From the IMG/VR virus record IMGVR_UViG_3300044626_000606: DNA of 64,000 nucleotides; one strand, 5' to 3'. The notes below the pieces were generated by a model. It did not search any database. It saw only the letters and a program-made list of their open reading frames with translations, and had not been told where the DNA came from. This DNA comes from an uncultured virus (IMG/VR IMGVR_UViG_3300044626_000606) (lineage: Duplodnaviria; Heunggongvirae; Uroviricota; Caudoviricetes). The position numbers and the translations under genes are program-made. Each line of letters opens with the position of its first letter. Position 1 is the stretch's first letter. This document shows positions 27,944-38,600 of the stretch, piece after piece.

Positions 27944-28282
27944 TTAGGAATTCAGCATTGCCCTTCTTTTCGCGCATGATCCGCATCCTCTGATATTGGT
28001 TCCAGCTACCAGATCAATGGCTCTGGCAATGGGCTGGGCGAGAGTGTGAACCGCATCGCCCAGTCCATATCCAGTACAATGATCTGGCCCAAGCTTGTCG
28101 CACATCTGGTCGTGGATCATCTGCTCCTGGTTCTCGTTAATTGCCAGGTTGTTGGCCGCCCTATGACGCGTCACGTTACGGAGTAAGTCTGTAAAGTCAC
28201 CTCCCGTAATGACCGCCTTGGTGTCGTGGTCTTGGTAGGTGAAGCCAATAGGGGGAACAACCGATGTGTCTTTGAGTCGCAT
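27944..28282 (-). CDS. Cys-rich hypothetical protein
   Basis: GLGDAV...CGSCAKRRAMLN. Confidence 0.6.
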   Translation of the reverse strand: MRLKDTSVVPPIGFTYQDHDTKAVITGGDFTDLLRNVTRHRAANNLAINENQEQMIHDQMCDKLGPDHCTGYGLGDAVHTLAQPIARAIDLVAGTNIRGCGSCAKRRAMLNS

Positions 28283-28325
28283 ACACCTATCTTGACACAA
28301 CCCTCCAACCTTTCAAGCTGGGGTT

Positions 28326-28550
28326 ATGCCCGATGACAGCTACTGGATAGACGGCAATAGTTCGACTTCGCAAAAACTTTTGCGGATCTTTCTTGCGGCT
28401 GCCGTCATCGACAACGATGGTTTACTCCCAGTCTCCCGTAAAGCTTTGGCTGAATTGTCCGATGAGTGTATGAAGCACAAGGGATTCCAGATCATAGCCA
28501 CGCCAGGAGAAGACCACGGGATGGATCTATCCTTGGAATGGACAGATTAA
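28326..28550 (+). CDS. Hypothetical protein
   Basis: Divergent ORF preceded by TTGACA-N16-CAAGCT. Confidence 0.5.
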   Translation: MPDDSYWIDGNSSTSQKLLRIFLAAAVIDNDGLLPVSRKALAELSDECMKHKGFQIIATPGEDHGMDLSLEWTD

Positions 28551-28610
28551 AGCTGGCTTTTAAGTTGTTGCTGTTGTCGCCGTGGATTATTTTTCGGCTG
28601 ACAGTCTTGA

Positions 28611-29081
28611 TTATTTATTACTGGCTAGCCCAGCGTCACCCTCAGAAATTTCGTTGGCTGCAAGCAAATTGTAAAATTTGTTGACCCCTGATTGCCAGTT
28701 GGCGTTGAGATTTCTTGGATCGTTCTCTGCCCCAATGGGTGCATAGATTGAGGCGAGCTTCCCGATATCCCCACCAGTCTGGTCAAGCCTGCGCTTCAGA
28801 TTCTTGGCGGAGTAATCCAGACCTTCGGACAATGACCCGAACCGCTTGAGCTTTGTCCACTTGGTTTTGGGATCCATAATCCCAGCCGGGTTATTGTAAT
28901 TGATGATAGCGTTGCTCGTCCCAGAGCCAGTCTCGTGGGCAATGATCGCCGCAAAAAGCTTGGGATCAATGCCATTGTCGATGGCTTTCTCCACAACCAT
29001 TCCCGCCTTGCCCTTCAAGGCTCCACGGCTAAAGAGACTCTCCAACTTGGAGAGTCCGGGATTCTCGGAGCCCAAGCCCAT
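28611..29081 (-). CDS. Glucosaminidase/lysozyme-fold peptidoglycan hydrolase (GH73-like)
   Basis: GIDPKLFAAIIAHETG.GTS...NNPAGIM...YAPIGAENDP..LN.NW. Confidence 0.75.
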   Translation of the reverse strand: MGLGSENPGLSKLESLFSRGALKGKAGMVVEKAIDNGIDPKLFAAIIAHETGSGTSNAIINYNNPAGIMDPKTKWTKLKRFGSLSEGLDYSAKNLKRRLDQTGGDIGKLASIYAPIGAENDPRNLNANWQSGVNKFYNLLAANEISEGDAGLASNK

Positions 29082-29383
29082 TAGTATTTACCCTTTCGGC
29101 TCTTGGGGCTTGAGAGAGTTGAGCCACCCGGCCCAGCCCAAAGCTTCTTGCAAGCCCAGTATCTGGCTCCCAGCTTGCTCCCAGGATTGGAGCAGTTGTG
29201 GCGAGCCTTGAATGATTTTCTGGCGGCGGTCGAGTAGTTATGTCCGTAACCCTTGGCTCCGAAATGAACGATTTTTTCTTTGCCATTCTCGCAAGCCTTG
29301 ACCATCATCTTTTTGCCGGGGCGAGTGCTTCGGCGTGGTGAGTTGCAAGGCATCTTGTCTTTGTTGACTCGGCTGAGTGGCAT
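29081..29383 (-). CDS. Small basic protein
   Basis: MPLSR...KIVHFG...RKSFKARHNC...YWACK. Confidence 0.7.
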   Translation of the reverse strand: MPLSRVNKDKMPCNSPRRSTRPGKKMMVKACENGKEKIVHFGAKGYGHNYSTAARKSFKARHNCSNPGSKLGARYWACKKLWAGPGGSTLSSPKSRKGKY

Positions 29384-29400
29384 ACTTATAAGGAGGTTAA

Positions 29401-29601
29401 ATGAAAAAGAATGAAGTGCAACCCAAGATAGATATGACCCCGATATGGGAAAAGAAAGGCGAGTTTGTGTATTTGCTTCTCACACCTTTTCTCTTTCTCG
29501 GATTCTGCGTGATCCTCACAACCTTGATGGCTTGGATGATCGGAGCCTTCCGATGGTTATCGGAGACCTTTGGTCTTCTCTTGCCTAACCTCTTGCAATA
29601 G
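29401..29601 (+). CDS. Antisense small membrane protein
   Basis: Perfect AAGGAGGT RBS; long hydrophobic segment. Confidence 0.45.
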   Translation: MKKNEVQPKIDMTPIWEKKGEFVYLLLTPFLFLGFCVILTTLMAWMIGAFRWLSETFGLLLPNLLQ

Positions 29602-32600
29602 TTCCTGGTTGTCTCGGATGATCTTGGCCTTCCCGACGGCATTCGCTTTCTGGGCAAGCTTGCCAACATAAAGTTGAGCCATCTCTGGGGTCATAACTTC
29701 AAGCCTCTCGATAGTTCCCTCACGTCCTAGGTCTTCACCCAGTTGTTCCGCCCTAGCTTTGCGGAAGTCGGCGTATTGTTCGTCGGTCATCTTGACCACC
29801 CCTAACAAACGATCCTTCTTGGGAGCCGTTGGTAATGCGTTCTTCTGGACTAGAACCTGAAGCAAGGCGTCCTTCTTTGCGAAACTGATGGGTCGAAACT
29901 GCATCTGCACTGGCTGTCCAAGCATATCCAATTCCGTCTGGCCGTAGATCTGCCTAACAATCGGAGTGTTGGCAACAAAAGCACCTTGGATCGGACCTTC
30001 CCTGGCAGTACGGCCATAGCCCAGCGTCGGGGAAATCAGAAGCTGATCGAGATCCCGAACAAAGTTTGGCACAACCATCGCCGACCCAAGTCTCGATAGG
30101 AATGACTTGGCTTTGGATAAAGCCCGTTCTGGTTCGCTGGGGTTCAACATCTCAAACAAGTCACTGGCTCCAGAGAGAAAGTTCATATCAAACATAATCG
30201 TGGCAACTCGGTGAGCCATTGCCAAGGCCACATCCGCAGGTTCCTTTTCATTGAAGTAGTCGTAAGTCTCGTTGTCGTTGAACAATCCGACAGCCGACAA
30301 GCCCATAGCCAGAGGCGAAAACATGTAGCTGGCGTAAACCCCGTCCTTCAATACCGGCACATGAGCCGCACGGAGATAGATTGAGTTGGGTTTCCAACCC
30401 AAACGGTTCTTGAGTAGTTCTTTCTGGGCGGCTTCTTTCGGACCCTGCCCGTTGACACAAAGCTCGATCCCGTACTTTTCGTAGTTCCCGCAAAGGATTT
30501 GGTCGAGCAAGCCGAGCATAAACACCGTGCTCAGACCCGTGATTCCTCGGACATACGCCAGATCCCTCTGGATCTTCTGCTCTTCCGCAGTTCCCTGGTA
30601 CTCCATTGCAAACTTCCCGGCCAAGTTCTTCCCAAGAACCTTCGGGAGACCACGGGCACGCATCACTCCCCAACCCGTGAAGTCGATGCTCTGGTTCCAG
30701 ACATTGGCAACGATCCTGGTGAACGGCACAAAGATGGCCGATTTGAGGGGATGCTCCTTGGCAAACGACCCGATCATCCGATGGAAGGCTCCGAGAACTC
30801 CACGAGGCTCCTCGTTGTAGGTGAGCTCGGTTCCGTAAATCTGCCCAGTGGCAGCAACCTCCGGGTTTTCCGCTTGTGCCTTTTCGTCGATGATCTCCTG
30901 CACACGGATGGCCTGCTCGGCTTGTTGGAGGAATCTTGTGGCCGAGTTGTCAGAGTCGACAACATATCCTTGCGCTTCGGCTTGGGACTGAGCCGCAACC
31001 AAGTGTTCGGAATTTCTGAAAGTGTACTCCAAGGCTTTGGCTGTGGCCGCCTCTTCCTTGAGGCCAGCTTGCTCCGCCTTCTGGTAGGCCGCCTCGAACA
31101 AATAGACTTCCTTATTAAAGTTGTAGAAAACCATATCGACTGCGGTCATTGTCCTCCGCAGAAGGGAGGCAACTGTGGCAGATATCTTCCCAACCTTTTG
31201 CTTCACATTGTCCTGTGTTGCGTTCCTAGCCACAACCTCGAAGAAGTCTGTCGCCGCCTTGCCAAAGAACTTAGGCTCGGTTTTCCTAGTTCCGACACGG
31301 CCAGTCATTAGGACATTGCCAGCGTCCATAAAGGAAAGTGAAAGTGCCCGAAGCATAGACCCAACGATGGCCTTGCTTCTTGTGCGATCCGTGGCGTAAC
31401 CCTTGATGAGGTGCTTCGAAATCGTCGGGATGGCCAAGAGTGCCGTGTTGGTGGCGTTGCCCAAGAAGTTTGCAAACTGGGTTCCGATACCCGAAAGGAT
31501 TGAGAAGTACCACCAGGATTTCGCAAAGTTGTAGGCGTCGATCTGGGTTTCAAAGGCAATCAGCGAAAGGGCATCGCCAATCTTTTCGTCCTTGCGGTAA
31601 CCCACGAGGTTCTGGGCTTCGCCCATAATGTTGGCAATCTTCTCGACAACCTCTGGCTTTAGCTTGTCTAGCCCTTCTTGTTTCTGGAACTCGTTCCAGG
31701 CGTAGGCATTGTTGAAAAGGCCAAGGGCTTGGTACTGGACAATTCGGTTCGCAAACCTACGCAACGAAGGCTCAAGCTTTTTGTCGGCGTAGGACTGGAT
31801 AAGACGATTGAGTTTCTTCTCGCTCTCCTTGGCCACGATCTCCTGGATCTGGAGAGCAATGGCGTTGGTCAGCCTTTCGGAAAGCGAAGGTATCTTTTCA
31901 CGGGCGGAAGGTTCTTCCTTGGCCATACCCTCTTCACGCTTGTACTTTGCAAGGCCAAGTTCGTCCGCCACATCTGCCCCAGTCTCTTCCTCCCAAGCCC
32001 CGAGACCAGCTTCCTGCACGATCTCCCGAGCAAGGGAGTAGGCGTTGTTGGCCAGCTTGCCTTCCTCGTAGTGCTGACGGATCAAGTCCTCGAGCTTTAC
32101 GCCACGGAGCGAGATAAACCTTTTGAGTTGGGGCATTGTGAAGGGGGACTCGAGAACCAGCCCCAGGAACCCATTGAACATTTCGGCTAGCTCCGGGTTG
32201 GTTGCGGTACGGGCACGGATGGCATCGCTCGCCTTTTCCCAAGCCTGCAAAGCCTTCGGCCAGCGGGAAAGCATCGCCGTGAAGTTCTTGCGCTGTTTGG
32301 CCTCCCGTTCTTCCTTGAGCAGTTTCTCCTGCTCGTCGACGGTCATATTGGCAAACTCTTCGTTCGTGTTGATTCGTGGGTCACGGATGCGACGACCCTG
32401 TTCCTCGGCCAGAGCCATAAACATCCGCTTGATCTCACGGCTCATTTCCTGGGCGGCCTGGTTAATGCTCTTGGCATTCTCCAGTTTCTTGACGGCCTTG
32501 CGTTGTTCCGCAGTCATCTCTTCCAACGGAACCCCGGCGGCTTGGGCGGCTTCCGCCTCGGCTTCGGTCAGCTGTTGCGATGCCTTGTCGGCAATGCTCT

Positions 32601-35600
32601 CGCCCATCTGGTTGGAGAAGGCTTCCCAGAACCCCATCGCATTGCTCTCGGCAATACGCTTTCTGGATTCCTCGGCGGCGGTTTCGGCCTTCGCCAGAAC
32701 ACCAGACATCTTCTTCAAGACTTCGTCGATCGTGCCTTCGGGCAGAACCGAAAGCTCGCTCTTGACCTTGTTGAAGAAGACATTGAACTTGTCACGGACT
32801 TCACGATTCGTTTCGTCTGACTTCTTCTTGTAGAGCATCAGCATACCTTCTGGCGTAAGATTACTCCAGAAGGAGAGGGCTCGGAGCGCACGGCCAATGC
32901 CCGAGGATTGCTCCAGGAAGCGGTCGATAAACATCAGAAGGTCGTCGAGGATTCTTGGGTCTTTGTCCTTGGCATAGAGCTCGTTCATCCCGAGGATGAT
33001 CTTCTGAGCCAGAAGCTCACGAGAACCGTGCTGGAGAGGGCTGGCGTCGGAAAGGGCGGCATCCATCGAGCCACGGAGTCCGTTCTTGGCCAGATAGTTG
33101 TCGGCCTCGGCCTCAGTCATAGCGTCTGGGATCGGCTCGTAGTTGAGGTTCTTGAGCTTGGCGTAGGCCTCTTCACTGACCTTGTCCTTCAGACGAACCC
33201 CGAATCTGCGAGGCATTGCGGCTCCGAGAAGGTCGGCGGGTTCACGACGGCTGTAGCTCTTCGGCCCAGGAACGATTCTTTCACCGACATAGATAACCCC
33301 ATCGGAAACGACATCCTTGGCGATGTTCTTCTTGGAAAGCTCGTTGGTGGTCATATGGGCATACGAGACCAGCTTCTCGGGATCGTCGTAGCTGACATAG
33401 GTCACGCCGTCTTTTACATATTCGTTCCAGAGCGTCTTGCCGTTACGCTTGACCATACCAGCCCTAGCCGCGGCGTTGCTGGTCGGCTTGAAATTGTTGA
33501 TCTGCTGTTGCGTCTTAAACCTTCCACTATTGACCGCAGACTTTGCACCATCGGGTCTCCACAGAAGGAGGTTCCAGGACGAGCCTTTGTCGTATTCGTC
33601 CAGATCCTGCTTGAGACGCTCAGTTTCCAGTTGCTCTGCCGCGGCATCATTGAGTTGCCTTGCGGCGATGATCGACTCGATCCGATCCTTCGGCCTTCTT
33701 TCGAGCATACCCGAAGAGCCTAGCTCCTTCTCCTTGACCCAGACCCCGTCAAATCCGAGGTTGATGATGGCTTCCAGAGTGGTGTAGGGGAACAGCGAGT
33801 AGAACCTTCTCTTCCGTTCCGTCTCGGAAAGCCCGTCAAATTCCGCACCAGTTGCGGGAGTTGCGCTCCCAGCCGGTACTCCCTCGAACACCGTCCAGTC
33901 AAAGAACCCGCTTTCCAAGGCAAGCTGGCGATACGGATTTAGCGTGAACTCGCCCTTCTTCTCACGGGCGTATCCGATAAGCTTGGCGATATGCTCGGGG
34001 TTCCTCGGATCAAATGGGTTGGTTGCCTTGATGTAAAGCGGGACGACAACCTGCTCGTTGTATTCCTCGAAGGTCGATTCGTTCGCCCAGTCTTCGGCAA
34101 ACTGACGGCTCGAGGCGACCCACAAACCACGGAAAGCGTTGCCCGTGGAGAAAGACCGCATCGGGTAGAAACGATTGTTGATGTCCTCCCGAAGCCTGTC
34201 TTGTACAAAGGTATAAGAAAGCTGGCGTTTGTCCCAAGAGGTTCCGTGGTACATAACGAGAGGCTCGCCCGAAGCATCCAGAATCTTGCTCGTCCCCTTG
34301 CCTTCGGGGAAGTTTTCCCAATCCCCGAACCACATCTTGAAGGAAGGAGTCCGCTCGAGGCGGTATCTGAACTCCGACTTGGGTTCAGTTCGAATGACCT
34401 CGCCACGCTGGTTGAGGAGTTGGATCGTGGACGGAAGGCCTGTCCTCTTATTGATCAGCTGGCCTTCGGCGTTTCGGGTGACCTCGACCGCCGCCATTTC
34501 CTGGGAAAGCTTGGTGAAGTGGTTGACGATCTCCTCGTCCGTGTACCCGATGGACGGAGGCATCGTGTCGGTTGCGCTCAACTGGTCGGCCATCCACTGC
34601 AACCTTTGAGCCATCATCGGTCGCAACCTTTCGGGAATGGAGTTTAGGATCTGGTCGCTGTTGAGCACAAGGTCGGAGATCTGAGCCAGAACATCCGAGG
34701 CCTTGAGGTTGAACATCGGGTACTTCTCCTGCAACTTCGTGAAAGAGTCGTAGAAGAAGGGCTCTTCCCGACGAAGCCCGGTGGCTCGGGTGTCGAGAGT
34801 GCCCCCGTTGTCGATCCGATACGCCGTATACTTGACCACGGAAGGTGAACCAGAGATGAACACATCCTGGTCGAAAAGCTCGTCGTGCCCGACTATGATG
34901 TTGTCGAGGCCTTCGCCGAGGACATCGTAGTTGAACAGGAATGCGTCGATCAACAGACCGTCACCGATCTCCTCGTAAAGCTTTTGCACAACCTCGGGGT
35001 TGGTTCCACTTTGCTGGCGGACAAACTCGGCCAAGGTCGGACCATAGATGAACTCCGAAAGTTTGGCAGTCTCTCCGTTCGGGAGGGTGATCAGCTTGGA
35101 TTTCGGAACGGGGTAGTTGAGGATTCGGTAAACATTCTCCGCCGCAATCTCGTTCTCGAACTGCTCCTGGGTCTGGCCACGCTTTACGACATACTTGAGG
35201 CCAGTTTCGTCCATATACACACGGACATCGAAAGTCCCAGGCAGAACATCGATTTGTTCCAGACCTTCGAGGCTGTCGGGAAGGCTGACCCAATCCAGAC
35301 TGACTTTCGGCTCGGTCGTGGAGAACCCGTGCCTCGGCATAGCCGCACCAATTTCGTCTTCAAGCGGGGGCTCATAAAGCGTCTTGGAACGGGCACGGCC
35401 AGACAGGCTGCTCAGATCCTGGATGAGCTTGACCTCGTCATTGATGGCCGACTCAAACAGCTTGTCCAGCTGTGTCTGGTTGGGGCTACCCTCGAAATAA
35501 AGGTTGAACCCGTCACCGACAACTCGGAGCCATCCACGCTTGAACATTTCCATCACGGGCATCTGCTGGCGTTCCTTGCGATCCAGAGGATCAAGCAGGC

Positions 35601-38600
35601 TCCACTCGGTCAAGAAGGTGGCTTTCGGCTCGTTCTCCCGCAACCATTCGACGGCTGCCTCGGCATGGCTTCCGATAGACATAAGATCGACGAGGGCGGT
35701 TTCCTCGACATCGATCACTTTACCTTCCTTGGTCATCCAGTAAGGCCTGTCCGTGGGCACTGCCGCACCTATAAGATCCTCGTCGCTTGGCCTTTTCGGC
35801 TCTTTCTTGAGGGATTCCAGCTTGGCCTTGATGGCCTGCACATAATCGGCTTTCTTCCAAAACGGAACCTTAAACTCTTTCTCCTCGTGTTTACGGGTTT
35901 TCTCGTTGAATACGACAACCTTTCGCTTGGTGGTCGGGACTTTAATCCCAAGTTCTTTGGCGTAATCCTGGAGAAACTTTAGGTTGGCTCGATTAAGCCC
36001 AGTGTCCTTGCGTAGCTCCTCACGGGCTTTTTGCAGGTCTCCCTTTATTGGCTGTGTTTCGGTAAGGGAATCAGTCTTCGTGGGGAAATAATTCATAGAG
36101 ACTTGAAGCGTCTCGTTTGGCTTCGCCAGATCTCTGGTAACCCTTTGAGCCATTTGGGCGATCGAGTCTGCGGTGGTTCGGAGGAACTTAGTCTCGGCCG
36201 CCGTCCTACCACTCAAGCCGTAAAGGAACTGGCGGATGGCGTCTAGGAAGCGGAATACAAATCTCCTATCTTGTGGCTCCATCGAGCGAAGGATGGACGC
36301 AACGTCAAGGTAGGTTGACTCTGTGATGGCACCCGTCATCTTCTCCTGGGTGAGCATCCGCATAAACTCCAAGACCATTTTGGTTTCGCCATCTTTGCCA
36401 GTGAAAGGCTTGCCGTCGTTGTACAACTTTTCGAGCTTTTGCTTCAGACCACGGCGGCCTTTGATGATCTTGGCGACACGCTTTGTCTCGTTCTTGAGAT
36501 GCTGGCGGTAGCTGATCCCCAATTCGTTGGCCTCCCTCTTGAGCATCTTCAGATATTTGAAATGTGCGATCTCCTCCGCAATGGCTAGGAAGGCATATTG
36601 GGAATAGGCTTTTTTACCAAGGGTTCTTTCGATTTGTTGGAGCAACCTTGGATTGACACGGATAACCGGGTTTTCCGCATCACTGTCGGCATCCTCGATC
36701 GAGACCGAAACTGCGCTTCTGGTGTTTAGGTCTACGATATAGCTGGCTGGGAATCCCGACGAGGTTGCCGTGTTGACCAATGTCTTTACGGCACTCGGGG
36801 CATTCTTCGACCTTAAACCTGGGTCAACGGAAACAGGGCTCGGAGCTTCTGGCTGCTTTTCGCCCACTTCTCGTCCAGCTTCGCCAGTTCGTGCACCGAC
36901 TGGAGCAACTCCTCCAGCGGTAGGCTCGGGTTGTCCTTCAACAACTCCGCCAGCACGGGCACCCCTCCGTTCTCCTTCGACGCCTTCTCCAGTTCGGCCA
37001 CGAACCGGACCTTCTTCAACTTGTTGAGCGGCTCCACGGCCACGCCGGGGAACAGCTTGTCTAACTCTGGGCTTTGCATTTTCAATTCCTTTCTGAATGT
37101 TGTCGAGTCTCTGGGCAACCTCGTTCTCTCCGATCAAGCCTTCCTCCAAAGGAACGATGATCTCGGAGGTGATCCTTGCCCTTGTTAATGTGTTGGCTAC
37201 GCCGATGGCGTCGACCAAAGCCTGCCGTGCGCCGTAACCAACCTTTAGGTTTCGGGCACGATCGGCAAGATTTGCAATGGCTTGGCGGACTTCACGATCC
37301 TGGCGGCGTTGCGCTTCCTCGGCTGCTTTGCGCTCACGGGCGGCACGACCCTCGGGAGTGAGCAACATCTCCAGTGCCCGCACATCGACCTGGATGTTTT
37401 CATCACGGAGGTTTTGGGCGATCTGTTCGACCACCTTGTTAACGAATTCCCCGACACGCTTGTCGCTGACTTTGCGGTTTGCAACCTTGGACAGATAGTC
37501 GGCCAAATCCTTGTAGGTCGTGAGTCTGCCAAGTTCGGTGTCGGCACCGATCATCGTGTCCACAATCCAGTCGATGACCAGTTTGACCTCCGGACCGCTC
37601 TGGTCACGGATCAACTTGGCGGCCTCACGGAGAGCCGTAACCGCTTTGGATTCCACCACGGGTGCGGCCGGAGCTTCGGCGATTTGCATCCCGGCTGGCT
37701 TGGCTTCTTCTCTGGCGGCCTCTGGTTGTGTGACTGCGCCCTCGGCTGGTGCCGTGCCAAACTGGGCGGCAACTTCCCGTCTGGCGGCTTGCACATTGAT
37801 TGCGTCTTGCCCAGCCCTCTTAGCCGAGAAGGTTAGGAACTTTGAAATGGCTTCTTCCGTAAGATCGGTAGGCTGGCCTTTTTCGTTGAACAAGATGGGT
37901 CTGCCAAGATTGACCGACGAGAGCAAACGACCGGCAATACGCTCGACCAACCTTGTGTAGATTTCGGTGTCGGCAGAAGCGAGGTTGGGGAAGCTACCAG
38001 CAACTTGCTTTGAGATTCTGCGAGCCATCTCAAGAGCCGTGTCACGAAAGTAAGTCTGATCCCCGTTTAGGTTCGGGTTGGAGAAAACCTTCATCAAGCT
38101 GGCCAGCCGACGTTGCCTTTGTTGGGCTGTCTTGTCGACGGCTTGAGGCGCAACCGTTCCAGGTGCGGGAGCCTTTAGTTCGGGCTTGGCAAATTCAAGT
38201 TGGGTAAGCTGTCCGTAAATGGTTTCGAGAGCCTTGAAAAAGTCTTGTTTCTTCCAGCCATTCTTCGGGGCAATCTGTTGATCTTTCGGTAGCCTTGCGT
38301 TTGCGTCTTTAAAGGCTTTCTTCAAGAACTTGATTTGGTTCTGGTTCTTTAGAACATCTTCCCATTTCGGAAGTGCTGGCTGGACTGGCATCTCGGCTGG
38401 AGCTTCCGCCTCGACCTTCGGTGCTTCGGCTTCAATCGTCGGTGCTTCCGCACGCTTGATCAATTCGGAGTCAAAAATCTTGGAGGCCTGCCGTTCATCC
38501 TCCGAAAGCGAGTCGATCTTCCCACGGAAGATGGAGATCAGATCCTGCTGTTCCCGCTTGTTCTTGGCTCGGTCAACCTCGGCAAGCCAGTTCCGAGCCA

